Source of the DNA: Botryllus schlosseri
Lineage: Eukaryota
DNA: 64,000 nt
Direction of reading: 5' to 3'
Assembly: GCA_051294905.1 (NCBI GenBank)
Contig: CM119379.1
Span: 24,366,001-24,430,000 of the forward strand
The notes below the pieces were generated by a model, which saw only the letters and a program-made list of their open reading frames with translations, searched no databases and had not been told where the DNA came from. Both the position numbers and the translations under genes were made by a program. Positions within the stretch are counted from its first letter, which is position 1, and each line of letters begins with the position of its first letter. Below, piece by piece: positions 1 through 13,606 of the stretch.

Positions 1-707
1 TGAATTCATTTGGCAGCATCACATCTCGAGTATCAAATGAAGTGTTGGGATGCATTTCGTAGGCTGTTCAATAGGCCATCGATTCTGTGTGGTATTATCT
101 GTGGCTGAAAAATGTGGCTGCATGTGTGTAGTGTTTTTCGTTTGCAGCAAGGATTTGATTAATTTGTTGGTGCTATCCTTGCATGGTCACTAATTTTTGA
201 TGTTTGAATGTGTATACTCGGAATGGATAGTGCATCAGCAAGACCGTCATTGGTATTGTGAGGGCAAATGCTGTTGTTAGGCTGGAATAATTGAGTCGCT
301 GAATTGGAGTTCAATGCTGCATTTGAAGGTTATGTTTGCTAATGAGATTTATGCTGAGGTAGTCAGTAATGAAGTACACCAACTTAGCCTACTAATCAAC
401 AGTTTTTTAGGCAAAACTAACTACCTTCACACTTAGTGTTTTGTTGTGATGAAATTGGTTTGCGGTATGTTTGCAAAATGTTCAATGTGAAATTGTCTTG
501 TGAAATAGTCCCTATATTTCTGTAAATAATTATTACGGTTGCACCTACGATCAATTTCCACTCCCACTTGAAGTAGTCTTGTCATGTCTTTGAAATTGCT
601 ACCTACTACTTTAACCTCCTCTGGGTTTGTAGGCTTTAAGAGCATGTCGATAATTATGAAAGTTTTATTAATTTGCGAGCGCTAATTCCGATTTGAACGT
701 GACGCAG

Positions 708-3700
708 AAATTTCCGGGCAAACGCCTGACTTGCTTCGCGCCTGCGTTCAAGATCGCCCTACGGACCTGCCCGGCGTGAAGCCCGTTAGCGTCGCACCGC
801 ACTGCCCCGCCGCAGAGAGACCGATCCAAGAATCAGCCGGTCAGGTTCAGAATGAAGGCATTCCGACAATCACTACAGAGGAAAAATCTGACAATGTTGG
901 GGCCAACTCCAACGATGACAGACCGGTGCCTGACCCGGACAGGATAGTTAAAAAGGTCCCGCCGTTGAGACCAGCACCGCCGAAGCGGCCGCCGCCCCCG
1001 AAAAAATCTACTCTCTCGTCCAAACCTTATTTGAGGTAATGACTGATGATGCGTTTTGAGAAATTGACCAGATGTTCTTACAGATTCTTGTGTAGTGAGT
1101 CTGATGAAGGTTTGCTGACGCCAAACACGACAATCGATAACATAACTAGGGAGTTTACCGAGGCACTGAGGAAAGACGAAAGTCCTAGGAAGAAAAATAT
1201 TGGCAATAGGTACGTCTTTAATTTCAAGACATTGCTGAAATATTGCTTTGTTATTATTGCAGATTACCGCTACTATATACTATTGATTAGTATATTCGTG
1301 TTTAAATAAACCTGTATATTATTAGCGGGCACTCGTCAGAGGTAATTGTTAGCAACTAGTGCAGATTTCGGAATAACATTGTATATATAAAAAATCATAT
1401 AACCAAATATGACGTCACTGTAATGAAAATTTGAATATTCGAGGCTAACAGATGTTTTTTTACGAATTTTCATGCCGGTGGGTGACGTTGTATTTTCTGA
1501 TAGGATTTGTGGATAACAATGGTTCCCTTCGATTCTCTACAAGGTGCTGACGATTTCCCCAGACGAGTGTCAGCCGAAAATATTCATGTTCATTTGAATA
1601 TGAAAATACTAGTCAAGTGTGTATTGAAGTTATGTACCGCCAAGCGTCTCTTCAATTATTGCTTCTATTGGTTAGATGTGGTCACTGGTCAGTTACAATT
1701 ATTGCTTCTATTGGTTAGATGTGGTCAGTTACAAAGCGAATTATAATTTTATGTTGCTTGTTCAGCCATAGGTATTTCTGGAATAGTGCCGGTAGTAAAC
1801 TATTTTATCACAGAAAACTAAATGAGCACGATGTGTATACACAGACTTGATCGGTAACAAAGTACTTCTGATTTTTTGGAGTGCTCAAGTAGCTAGGTTT
1901 AGCTCGAGCAGATATGAATTTTGACTACTTCTACTTGATAGTTTTCAGTTATTTGTGCAAAACTAGGTCTGGAATGCTAGAGTACTCCCAAAAATGTGAA
2001 GTTCTTTGATATTGACCAGTGACCACCTATGCGTAAGCATCGAGTTTTCCATGATATCAATAGTTTAGTTCTAATGCTTCTAAAATGACAATTGGCTGGA
2101 AAGAGAATTTATCGTATTCAAGCCCATTTGGCCGTAGAAATTGGTGCGCTTGCCCGTGCTCATTCAACGGTTGGCCTATGATCTCTCAAACAGTGGTTCT
2201 TGTGTTAAAAATTATGGTGTTTTGAAATAACTCCGCTCATTTTTGCAGCAAGTTGCTCGATACCAAACCTGCGGCCGCGACCTTGGAACCGGCAGGTGCG
2301 TTTTATAACGTGAACGTACGAATCTGCCAGTGTTACATGTTATATCTTGACAGAGATCACAGTAACGCGTAAAAGCTCGTCGTCAAGTCGTAAAAGCACA
2401 TCTTCCCCGGCTTCTACTTTGAACAAAGACGAGGTTGGTTCATAGTCTTGACAAATGAGATGATCTGAATCATTGAAAACATCTTGACTGCCAAATAGCT
2501 GGAGTTGACAGGAATTTCTCACCCTAAAGTTGAATGTGTCTTACTCGCATTTCCTGTTCCGTGATAAGCATCAGTGTTATAACTTGATATTTGAGATATC
2601 AAATATCCATTTAAACCGAAATGATACCGACTGTTTCCGATTGGATGTAGATTTGATGCCAACCGCCGTATTCAAATTTCTGACGGGCCCAAACCAAACG
2701 CATTTGTTTTGCAAAGTTACCTACCGTTGTAATTCATATAGCACTCCTTGTATACACATATTATGACCAAGTTCATGAAAAAATTTAGTCTCGCTTTTGG
2801 CACAGCTCTATAAAAATGAAATAGTGAGAATCACAATTTTCAATGAACAGGAAATGTTGACGATGTGATATCATAGTCTTCCTGCTAAAATTTCATTTTC
2901 TGTATTGATCGTGCTTTAAATACTCTCTGGCGTGTTGCAATAGCATATGCTATCGATCGGCGTGCAAAGTGCATATTGGTTTTATTGATACTGTTTATCA
3001 TCGTGTGAATTTATCGTTTTGTGTTTTAGGAAATCCTGTCTGCCGTCATCGTTAGAAATCTGGACACGGGAGAGAGTATGCCGTTGAGCACTGCGGCTGA
3101 ACATGTAAGCCGTATTCAGATTATATTCACGGTTTATGCATATTTATTTTGATCTATCACACGTCATAACGAAACCTGAACCGATAGCTCAAAGCTTTGA
3201 TCTCGCCCCGTATAAGCAGTAAGCTACGTGCTGCCAATTTTCATCTTGAGTATAAATGTTGACTGAAATCCTGTGATGTTTCTTCAGGTGTTTGTGAATA
3301 CTGTTGACGGCATGGATTGATATGTTGATCATTCAATAGGTGCTGTTGTCTATCGGATCGTCTCCAATAATTTTGGGCCTCCATCAACCTCTCCCCGCCC
3401 AATTGGAGGCGTTTAGGGTGCGGTAGTTGCGGCCCTGGTAGCCTGTAGAACTTTTGTGTACATTGTGGCTGTCCACCGTTACATGGACGCCGCGAAACAC
3501 AATGATCTAATCCGCGCATCCACAAACTCAGTTTACGTGATTGGAGTTTTAGTTCCACTATGGTGGGGGAACTGTGGCATCGAAATCGGTTAATGGGACA
3601 CTACAGAGAAGTGGAGGAAGAATTTTTATATGCAAGCTGTGCTTATGTCCTTACCTATTGAAATTGCGATGTCAGAACATTAAATCCAATGATGCGAACA

Positions 3701-6700
3701 ATTGATGCGACTCTTACGTTATGTAGCCTACAATGATTTCAAGGCAGGACGTCTTCAAACCGACTGTATGCGGTGCTTTAAGTCCTCAATCCAATATGAT
3801 TCGTTGCCATGGTTCCATATACTTCCACAGGAAGTTGATAACAAATTGCAATTATGTTACAATAATACGACCGGCCGTGGTACCGTAAATCTACAACAAT
3901 GCACTTCAGCCCGAGTTTAATGCACATCCTTTTGAACAGCATACGCATACGACGTATGACCCTGCAGGGATACTTGGTTACTTCAGCAATGCATTAACTT
4001 CCAGGTTCCAGTTATTACAGAATCGTTACATTACATTACAGTTATTACATAATTTTCGTTGCTGTTGGCCGGAGGTTGTCATCATAGGCGTAGCAGCGGG
4101 ACAAAAGACGCCGTTTCCCCCTCCCATTTTCGACTTGTACATTGTGACTTGATACGTGTCACGGTGTCACTACGTCTCATCTGAGTCGGCTGAAAAGCTT
4201 GGTGTAGCCTACCTGCGTACAATTCAATAATATGAATATATGTTCTGACCGAATAACATAACAAATTAACTCAGCTTTCAATAAATCTACTATTTTTAAT
4301 ATAGCTGTGGCCAATGTTCCCTCTAATTTTTCACGAGTCTGCGCGCATTCACCAACTCACTGCGGGGTCCCTTGGACAACAGTGCGTAACGACTAATAAA
4401 AAGGACATCACTTCGAATTTTTTGTGCGCAACTTGAATTTTCTGTGCGCAGAGGCCGTATCAGCACTGCGCAATTGCGCACGCGCGCAGCTCAGAGGGAA
4501 CGTTGGCTGTGTCCCACCTCAAAACGCCCCCATTTTTCTCGCTGTAAACATGTTTATTCAAACAGATAAAAGACAGTTTCTGGCCTGTTTTTCAATTATT
4601 GTCGGTCCTTATACAGGAAACTTGAATAAGTCATTTAGAATGCGAGTGATTACAACCCTGTTATCAATACGGTACTGTAGAATAAAATGAAAATTGACAG
4701 TTTTTCTGTTCCATACCAATATTACAATATTATAGTAGACGCTTCTAACAACTGTTCGACTGCGATTGATGATTTCCATTCTCTTCAGGTCTCTCCGTGT
4801 CTGAACCCGTTGGCGTTGCAAATCATCAGCAGAACACGCGAGTTCTCTTACACGAGCTCAACCACCTCTGTGAACTCGCACGAAATGCCGGCCAACCCGA
4901 TCGCCAAGTTGGAATATCCCGACCTTGTCGACAGCGATTCGTTGTCACTCGCGAGCGACGACATTGACATTGGTCAGTTGGTTGTTTGTAGTATCGCAAT
5001 GCCAGGAAGATTGGTGTCTAAAAGTCGAACGCGATACGTGCAATAGATAAGAGATTCTGGATTGTAGACTAATTGGATTACCTCCCATTCAGACCCTAAA
5101 AAAATTCGTCATCTTTATTAGTCGAAGCTTTAGAATTGACCTCATGCGGCAGGATTTGGTTCAGGTAAAGACGCCGGCGAAAACAAGCAACGAAAAGGCA
5201 AAACGTTGAAAGAGAAACGCAAGAAGCTGAAGAAGATAGTCGGCAAAAGCGTCACCAAGGTCAAGGTGGTCGCCGGGGCTCAAGTCGAGAAGGCCGTGCA
5301 CAAAGTCAAGCACAATAAAGATGACGGTAAGGAACGTTTTTCTTTGAACGACTGCAGGGTTTTGATAGTGTCTCCGTGATTACGCTGGTGTCAAAGTTCC
5401 TCATAGATTGGCGGATTATGCTTCATAATACGTGAAGCCTGTGTTTAAACTTTTAAATCTATTCGATTCATCGTAATCATCTCTCTCAACCTTCGTGGCC
5501 TTCAGGCACCCTATCTAGGGGATAATGGTTTGCGACACCTGACCGCTGGATGGCTGTTAACAGGCTTCACTATCAAATTTGCAAAGCCTGCCAAACTTGT
5601 AAAGTGTAACAAATATTATTAGTCTTATTTATTCCAGTTTGACGGTGTAGCAATAATAATGTGCTAAACTCTTATCCGGAAGTACACAAAGAGACGCTTT
5701 GGAGTACAGACGGTATCCCCTGATGAGTGTCAGTCGAAAAGCTTCGGGGAATCAATATGCAAATATTATTTAAACTCGTATCGTAAGAAAAGCTACTATT
5801 CCAAAACCTGTTTTACTCATATCTTGCTACGTATAGCGCTTGTGAAGTCCCTGTGATACCCGAGTCTGCATAAAATAGTTGCTAATAACGATGATATATG
5901 ATATGAAGGAACAGGATTTTGAAAATTTGGAATTTATTATTTAAAAAAAATTAATAAATGAAAATTGAAATTTTTTTCAAATTTGAATATCAATCTCATT
6001 AAATTGTTCAGTTATCTACATTGTTGAGTCTTTCCTGTACGTTTAGAACAATTAAACGTGTCAAGTGACGAAGATTCGATGGAGCTTGGCTCGTCCTCCT
6101 CAATCAAGATCAAAGCTTCATCGAGTAACAAGGGCCCATATCATTTTTCGCGTCCCAAGCAAGTGCAAGATATCGCAGTTCATGTGGTGAGTCACTTTGA
6201 GATCGTATGATGGTAGTATGGAGTCAGGGAACTACAATCTGTAACTGCTAGATTTGGAATATTGATATGTTTCTTATAGATTACAGCTGTGCAGATGCAG
6301 CCTTTCTAGTTTACTGTAAATATGTTAAAATAAACCCATTAGCCTTGCAGCGTTTGTTTAGGGAGCTGTTTGGTGCATGAAATTCAGTCACTGTGGAAGG
6401 CTGCTCGCTACCTCCGGCCAAGACAACGTAATCTGGGTGTGGGTTCTCAAAGAGTTTTACGGTTATTTCAACGACATGCGAATCAAGTACGACAGCAAAG
6501 GTGCGGTGACTTGCGAGTTATCGAGATAGTCTTGTTGATTTCGCGAATCGTGCCGCAGATGACGTTCTGGGGCCGCAGGAAATGATGCCGCAAGCCAGGG
6601 CGTATTCTGGCAATGACGACGTTTTTTCGAGTCCCGTTCACAGTCAGGAACGTAACGCGATGGATGATGATGAAGATACATCGCCGTTTAGACAGGTAAG

Positions 6701-9700
6701 AATTTGCGGTACCTGTGAACAGAGGTGGTCAAACCAGTGAAGTAGAAGTAACGAAACGACTTAAATTTCACAAGTAGAAAATGAAAATTCTTAGTAGTTT
6801 CAAAACGTAAATTGGTCTTTTGAGAGGTTTTGTCCTCATTTTTTCAAGAAATGTAAAATGTCGTCTTTTTTCGCAATTCGTCCTCTTGATATCTCTGCGA
6901 GTTGGGCGACCATACAAAGACAACTAAAAAGTTTCGTAGTAGACTTGAAAGCAGGATTACGACAGAACTGTTGGAAGTTTAGCAGAAAACTTACACAGTA
7001 GACATCGATCGCTGGTGGATTGATTAAAAAAAAGGTCAACTCCAACCGAATATACGTGGGAGCGGGCAGGGTTGTATTGACTCAGTCATGACTTGACTCG
7101 AGTAGAATTTTGTATCGACTTGACTTGTGCTCATTGTACATGACTCGGGACTAGGACGGCCCAGACGGATATTTTGTTGTAACGTCGAAGAAAAGTAAAG
7201 TTCCCACATTACTGGTATTTCGTATAACAGTCCTGATACTTGGAAAATAGGGACAGAAACTGTTAAAACTGAGGAAAATTATGATATCATGAATGCAAGT
7301 CATTCTATGTCGCTCGTGCGGAGTTGAAAAAAGGGGGTTGAACTGAAAACTGAACACCGAACGTAATGACTCGGACTCGAGTCAAAACACTATGACTCGG
7401 ATTTGATTCTCTACTACCTGACACGGAGTCGGACTTGACTCGGTTGGTGAATTGAAAATGACTCGACTTGACTCGAGTCGAAACGTTGAAAGTGAGATTG
7501 ACTTGTGACTCGGAGCCTTGCGACTTGGTCACAACCCTGATTCGTGTTACATATAATTTTTAGTTGAAGAAGTCTTGGCGTTGATTTTGGATTTTTTCGC
7601 GTATGCGATGTATGAAGTGTTCTAAATTTTACAGGTTCCTTTTTCCTCTTACGTCGGACATTCCGCCGATGTTTTGGACCTGGCGTGGTCAAAGGTATCG
7701 TACGCTTGTTTCTGGTGAAACATTTTGTTCGCGTCGGTGAAACGTGATTTCCTTTCAGAATTATTTTGTCCTTTCTTCTTCAATGGATAAGACGGTCCGG
7801 TTATGGCACATTTCGCGCAAAGAATGCCTCTGCTGTTTTCAACATATCGATTTCGTTACTGCCATCGCTTTTCATCCGAGGGTGAGTGGCATTTCACCAG
7901 TTAGGTGTTGTATCCCTTCTTCCAATCTCTACCAGGGTTGTAATGACTCGAGTCCGACTCGAATCACGATTTTCTGATTTTCTCTAAATACGGAAATGAC
8001 TCGACTTGGACTCGATTCATTGCTCATGACCCGAACCAAGTCATATGACGGCCGAGACCGACATTTCATCGTAATTTCGAAAAATAGTTAAGTAACCACA
8101 CTATTGGGATTTCGTCTATTTATACTGGTACTTGAAAATTCGACCAGAAACTGCTAAAAGTGAGGAAAATTAGTATATTATAAATTGGAACCATTCGATA
8201 TCACCGAAATGAGTTATAAAAAGTGGTTTTAACAAGACTTTAACTGGAAACTAAGCAGTCGACACAATGACTTGACTCGGAGTCGACCCTCTGCTCGCTG
8301 ACTTCGACTCAGACCTGACTCCGTGGTTAATTGAAAATGACTCGACTTGACTCGAGTCAAAACTATAAAAGCGAGATTGACTTGTGACTTGGTTACAACC
8401 CTGATCTCTACTATTAAACTGTGTACTCTGTATAGAGTTTTGAAAGACCGAAATGCAAAATTGTACATTTGCAAGGCGCATTAGAACAGGGGTTTGTTAC
8501 CTTTATGATGTTTGAATACGGAGATGGTCCAACAGTTTGTTTCGCATTATGATGTCACCCTAGTTATTATTACAATAATTTTGGAAAAAATTAGATTGCC
8601 CATATAATGCATTGTCATTGCATCCAGAATCCAGGCTATGATCAGAATGTATTATTTTTGTTCAAATTCTATATTATATGCCTGTGTATTTCAATTTCTC
8701 TTTTATCTTCCAGGATGACCGATACTTTTTAAGCGGGTCGTTAGATAGTAAACTCAGACTGTGGAATATTCCCGACAAGAAAGTCGCGTTATGGAACGAA
8801 GTCTCCCCGGAGGGATCTTCCGCGGTAAGCCGAGCTTCGCTTTCAAAAGGATTTTCGTGGCTCGTGCCTAAACTTTGACATCTGATTGTGGTTCGCGCCA
8901 TGAAATAACATTTACTTTTCTTTTCATTGTCTTTGTGTAAACTGGTATTAGGTCTGGTATTTGCACAAGTCCATCAATATCAATCGGCGTAATGGGAGAA
9001 AAAATTTGCCCACACATAATTGCATTAAGTGGCTGTGCATTAGAACTGTTTTCAATCATGCGATTGCCGCGTTTGTTGCGTCGCATTACTTGATTTGTAA
9101 TTCTAACATGCGACTCTACAGTCTACATACTTGCGCCTTATTCTTCTTACACTTTATATGGATGTGCCAACATTGTGGATTGATTTTCAATTGAGACGCA
9201 TGATTTAAAAATAATTATAATTTTAACTTATACTGCTGCTGTGTTTTGTGGATGCCTTCACTACCGTCTGATGTTTCATCTTCTTTGTATATTTTATAGA
9301 CCTTCTTGTATAACTAAACATTTGATTTATAGCGTGAGAGTACACTTGTGGTAACACCGTTTCTCTACAGAAGCCCATAATCTTGCGGTAGAGATCACAT
9401 TTTTCCGTGATCCGGATACAATCCTGTTTCTGGAAAACTTTCTGTCCTCCTCTCCTGTTAGAATCCAAAATTCTGATGCTGACCCATTCTGCTCTTTGAT
9501 ATGTAGTCATCCAACGCAAACGGGAACAGCGGCGCTCTAATAACCACGGTGAATTTCTGCGAAAACGGAAAGTTTGCCGTGTGCGGCACGTACGACGGCA
9601 GATGCGTATTCTTCGATACCGAGGTATGCTGATTCTCGGAAAATTTGCGGCCGCGTGTCATGACAGTTTCGTTACAGCACTTAAAATATCATACGCAAAT

Positions 9701-12515
9701 CCATGTGCGTTCTTCGAGGGGCCGAAACACCAAAGGGCATAAAGTCACGGGCATCGAGCCGTTACCGGGAGAACATAAAATCTTGGTATGAATATGAGTT
9801 TCGTAGATTTTGGCAGCACATGTAGTCAATGGTAATCTTTCTTTTCATGCGTATATTCTGTGCAATCTAATATTATGACAAATTTCTGGTTAGATTTCGC
9901 AATTGTTGCAATTCCTGAAATTATGTTTGATCGATTGTTACGAATATATTCTCTATTTAAATTTTATACATCATTTCACAAACGCATCGTTATGTTGTTT
10001 TCTTAGCAAGGTCGTAAAATAGTCGCAAGGCTCAGACTCGCAAGTCAATCTCACTTTTTTTTGACTTGAGTCAAGTCGAGTCATTTTTAATTCATCGCCG
10101 AGTCAAGTCCAACTCGCAGAGTGTCTAGTCCGAGTCATGGTGTTGTGACTCCAGCACAGGTCATGTTCAACCCACTTTTTTACAATAATATACTCATTTC
10201 ATCACTCTTACAGTTTCTGGATCTATTTTTCAAGGACCAATACTGACACAAAATATGAACAATGTAATAACTTTATTCTTCAAAGTTGAATGAAATGCCC
10301 GTTTTGGCCGTCCAAGTCTCGAGTCATATGACTTGGTCGAGTCATGCACAATGACTTAAGTACAAGTCGAGTCAGTACACAAATTGACTCAAGTCGAGCA
10401 GAGTCATTTTCCGTACTTTAAAAAATTGACTCGAGACAAATTGAGTCGTCAAATAATCGCGACTCCAGTCGAGGTATTACAATCCTGTGTCTCAGATAAT
10501 ATAGGCCTATTCTAAATAATTGCTCTGTGTCTTTGTCTTACTCTCTCTCTGTTTGTGTGTGTGTGTTCACTGTGTTGCTTCAATATGTTTAAATTGTCCA
10601 TGTAATGAGCCCTGCACCAGATACTCTGACGCTGAAGTCCTCTCGGCACATTGTCTTTTGCTGTGTAACTTTTTTCCATGTGTCATTGTGTCGAATAAAA
10701 ACCACCTATCTATTTATTTCCATTAACATAGGTGACTTCGAATGATTCTCGAGTTCGTTTATATGACTTACGAGATCTGTCGCTGGTGTGCAAGTACAGA
10801 GGACACGCCAATATGAGCAGTCAGATTAAAGCGAGCTTCAGGTTTGGGAATGCCGCATAACTCGTGATTTTACGTATCTAATTTCTATCCGTCTCTGAAT
10901 ATTCAGTCCCGATTCGAAATACATCGTCTGCGGTTCGGAAGACAAGTGCGTGTATATCTGGAAGACGACTCTGCCTCAGGATATCAAGTTATCATCACTT
11001 AGAAGAGATCGAAACGACGCTTGGGAAAGCATGAAAGGTGGGAAATGTCGAGCAGATTTCAGACGGAATGTAATCCATAGCACTGAAGAATGTTAACTTG
11101 AATAGATCATTCTGGTGCCTATTATTATCCATGTCTGTGGTTCCCACCCTGGGGTCCGTGAGAAAGCATTTGCGGGTCCTTGATGAATTTTATGGGAAAG
11201 AAAACATTGCATTCACATTACATTGACCTTACATTCAGGGTTGTATTGACTCGAGTCATTTTCTAAAAATCCGGAAATGACTCGATTTGACTCGAGTCAG
11301 TCAATGTATTGACTCGACTTGAACTCGAGTCATTTCGCAGTACTCGAACCAAGTCATATGACTCGAGACTCAGACGGCCAAGACCGACATATTATTGTGA
11401 TTTCAAAGAATAGTAAAGTAACCACACTATTGGGATTTCGGCTCTTGGCACTGATACTTGAAAATGCGACCAGAAACTGCTAAAAGTGAGGAAAATTAGT
11501 TTATCCATAAATGCGAACCATTCGATATTACCAGACAGAGTTATAAAAAGTGGGTTTAACAAGACTTTAACTGGAAGCTGAGCACTGAGCAGTCAGCACA
11601 ATGACTTGGTCTCGTACTCGAGTCATAATTCCACCACTCGAACTCGACCCTCCGCTCGCTCACTTGGACCCGGACTTGGCTCGGTGGTGAATTGAAAATG
11701 ACTCGACTTGACTCGAGTAAAAACTATAAAAGTGAGGTTGACTTGTGACTTGGTTACAACCCTGCTTACATTACAACACTATATCTACCGCAACGCATTT
11801 CGATTGTGGTCAAGTCAGAATTGCCTCGTCTATAACATAATAAAAAGCAGGAAAGGTGAGCCCGTTGAAAAAGTTTTGCAATGGCACTTCGGTTCACCTT
11901 TTTAAATATTTATATTTATTTACTCCCGCTAAAAACCTCTGGCTCTCTTCCCCTGCTGTATAGATGTAGTGGGTTAGTCGTCAGCCTATCTTGTCTTTAT
12001 TCATATATTTCCCCGCGTATTTCCAGTTTCTTTATTTCGGTATTAGAAATATGTCAATAATTTGACACTGTAGTGTAATTATTACAATAGCCAATAGTAT
12101 GTTAATTGAGTTTCAGGCAAAATTTAGGCAGTGGTCCACAGAATCCTCCTCTCGATACTCTCCCATTGGAGAAATTGCCATGTACATTGCACAGTACAGC
12201 TTTTGGTATTCAATCGTTATTTGGTCAAGGAAATGGTCATTTTTCAGCCAACCCTGCTGCTATATCACCAGTACCATTTTCGCAACGCATTTCTATCTTT
12301 CAGCTCACGACGCCGTTGTGACGTGCGCCGTGTTCGCTCCGCAGCCCAGCCTCCTTTACAAGAGCGTAGCTGCCGAAGCGATGGACACCAAGCGCAAAAC
12401 GAAATCTGCCTCGATTCTTTCTTTGAAAGCTAAAAAACCTCAGCCCGAAGAAGTGAACGTAATAATATCCGCTGATTTCAACGGCGTCATCAAAGTGACG
12501 GTGTGCGCGGAATGA
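708..12515 (+). CDS. WDR44: WD repeat-containing protein 44 (Rab11-binding protein), 5' exons outside window
   Basis: GT-AG exons joining in frame: 708-1035, 1084-1209, 2249-2295, 2354-2433, 3030-3104, 4789-4972, 5153(or 5165)-5326, 6047-6186, 6362-6500, 6559-6695, 7635-7694, 7759-7881, 8714-8824, 9507-9623, 9678-9785, 10732-10841, 10907-11037, 12304-12515 (TGA). Translations match recalled human WDR44: Pro-rich RPAPPKRPPPP, EILSAVIVRNLDTGE, GAVWCMKFSHCGRLLATSGQD, SSSMDKTVRLWHISRKECLCCFQHIDFVTAIAFHPR, DDRYFLSGSLDSKLRLWNIPDKKVALWNE, VTSNDSRVRLYDLRD, ISADFNGVIKV. AATAAA at 12609. Confidence 0.95.
1653..1727. repeat. 32-bp direct repeat (period 43) in WDR44 intron
   Basis: caattattgcttctattggttagatgtggtca at 1653-1684 and 1696-1727. 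Confidence 0.9.
4312..4505. mobile_element. Short hAT-type MITE
   Basis: TIR caatgttccctct / agagggaacgttg; flanks gctgtggc / gctgtgtc (7/8 TSD). Confidence 0.75.
7067..7539. mobile_element. MITE family A (GACTC/GAGTC subterminal arrays)
   Basis: TIR cagggttgt / acaaccctg; body homologous to 7933-8403 and 11236-11764; no TSD recognisable. Confidence 0.8.
7933..8403. mobile_element. MITE family A (hAT)
   Basis: TIR cagggttgtaa / ttacaaccctg; perfect 8-bp TSD atctctac. Confidence 0.93.
10007..10487. mobile_element. MITE family A, older copy in opposite orientation
   Basis: Degenerate TIR caaggtcgtaa / ttacaatcctg; GACTC arrays; flanks tttcttag / tgtctcag (6/8). Confidence 0.7.
11236..11764. 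mobile_element. MITE family A (hAT)
   Basis: TIR cagggttgta / tacaaccctg; perfect TSD cttacatt. Confidence 0.93.
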
Positions 12516-12887
12516 ATATATCACAATCAACGTGTCGAGATAATATATAGTTACTACTTTCTGTGATTTTTTTATGCTTTTCAGTTGATTGCAGTATCTC
12601 TCCCGCTTAATAAATGCGCCAGCGCTTTTGTGATTTTGAAATGGTTGCTTGCTGTTCATTTTGGAAGTATTGATTGGGGTACCATTCGATGAGCTCTTGA
12701 TAGCCATTGCTGTACTGTAAACTCGAGATGCTACTATTTACATCAGCTCAAAACACAATGTGATGCAATGAATAGGTGATGGATGCGCCATTCAGAACTG
12801 ATATTTCTGTGGTCAGATGATAGCTCAGAATCACAAAAAGCCCAAAGAAAGACTTGCGGTGAAGGACGAATGATACGGGGTAATATC

Positions 12888-12938
12888 GTTGGGTTATATT
12901 TTTCATCTGAACAAGTCACACACAATGTACAATGCGAT
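12888..12938 (+). promoter_or_regulatory. 51-bp conserved module, copy 1 (PSE-like candidate)
   Basis: gttgggttatatttttcatctgaacaagtcacacacaatgtacaatgcgat; 50/51 identical to 36454-36504, with unrelated flanks. The repeat is certain; the promoter role is inference. Confidence 0.45.
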
Positions 12939-12965
12939 GTCATGAACAGATAGGGTAGGACTCAT

Positions 12966-13358
12966 AGGAGGATGTCGAACGACACGCATCAGTAGCGATC
13001 CTTTACTCTAACATCCACCTCGGCCTAGAGTGCCTGATGTCACAGTTCTTTTCGATGTTGATCTTTTTGAAGCCGTTGCCCTTTCTACTAGTTCTTTCCA
13101 TTCCTCGTGAGTGGAGTGCTTTCTTTCGTCGGGTCTTTTTCTGGGCTATTTTGTCGCCGTGAGAACGGCAACGGCGGGGGAAGAGGAGCCCAGATAAACC
13201 TCCGACGGGAATCGAATCGCATCCGTCAGATTCGTGGGCGCTTATCGTTACCACTACGCTATCTCCCCCACCGAGGTTTCACCAAAGAACAGAAAGGCCA
13301 TGTGAGGGGCGAATGAAAAGCGTCTAAATCCACTCAAAAGATCCAGATCAGTTGTGAT
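12966..13358 (+). ncRNA. Candidate structured non-coding RNA, unassigned family
   Basis: Non-coding, GC-richer island with many nested helices found by eye, several using G-U pairs that favour the + strand (see findings). No match recognised to U1-U12, 7SK, 7SL, RNase P/MRP, Y or vault RNA. Confidence 0.4.
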
Positions 13359-13606
13359 ACCGACACAAGCTACTTCATTTTCATCGCCTATATTCTGCTA
13401 CTTTTTAATTCAATGTGCCTAAACTGAATTGACCGTAAGCATTTCTGCCAAAATCACAGCGGTCCGATAGATGTGGTACTTGTGTAACATAGTTACATTG
13501 GCGGCAAGCCGTATGCATTGTGCGTGAGCATTATTTTATAGATTACGAACTACTATAGTCATCCATCAACGTTCAACACTCATTTCGAACTGCGATCTCG
13601 TGCAAA

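Noticed and set aside
3241-3960. GC-richer intronic stretch with short ORFs on both strands
   Set aside because: All frames are interrupted and there are no termini or domain motifs; WDR44 exons splice in frame across it.
12966-13070. 7SK-like GGAUGU...ACAUCC and GAUC motifs
   Set aside because: The GGAUGU/ACAUCC helix closes only about 50 nt rather than about 300, and the 3' AGGC-AUGUG-GCCU stem is absent.
13080-13320. HDV-like ribozyme (UUCCUCG loop, GGCGAAU before a possible P2)
   Set aside because: P3 and P1.1 do not form properly and P2 needs a mismatch; a competing nested fold explains the same bases better.
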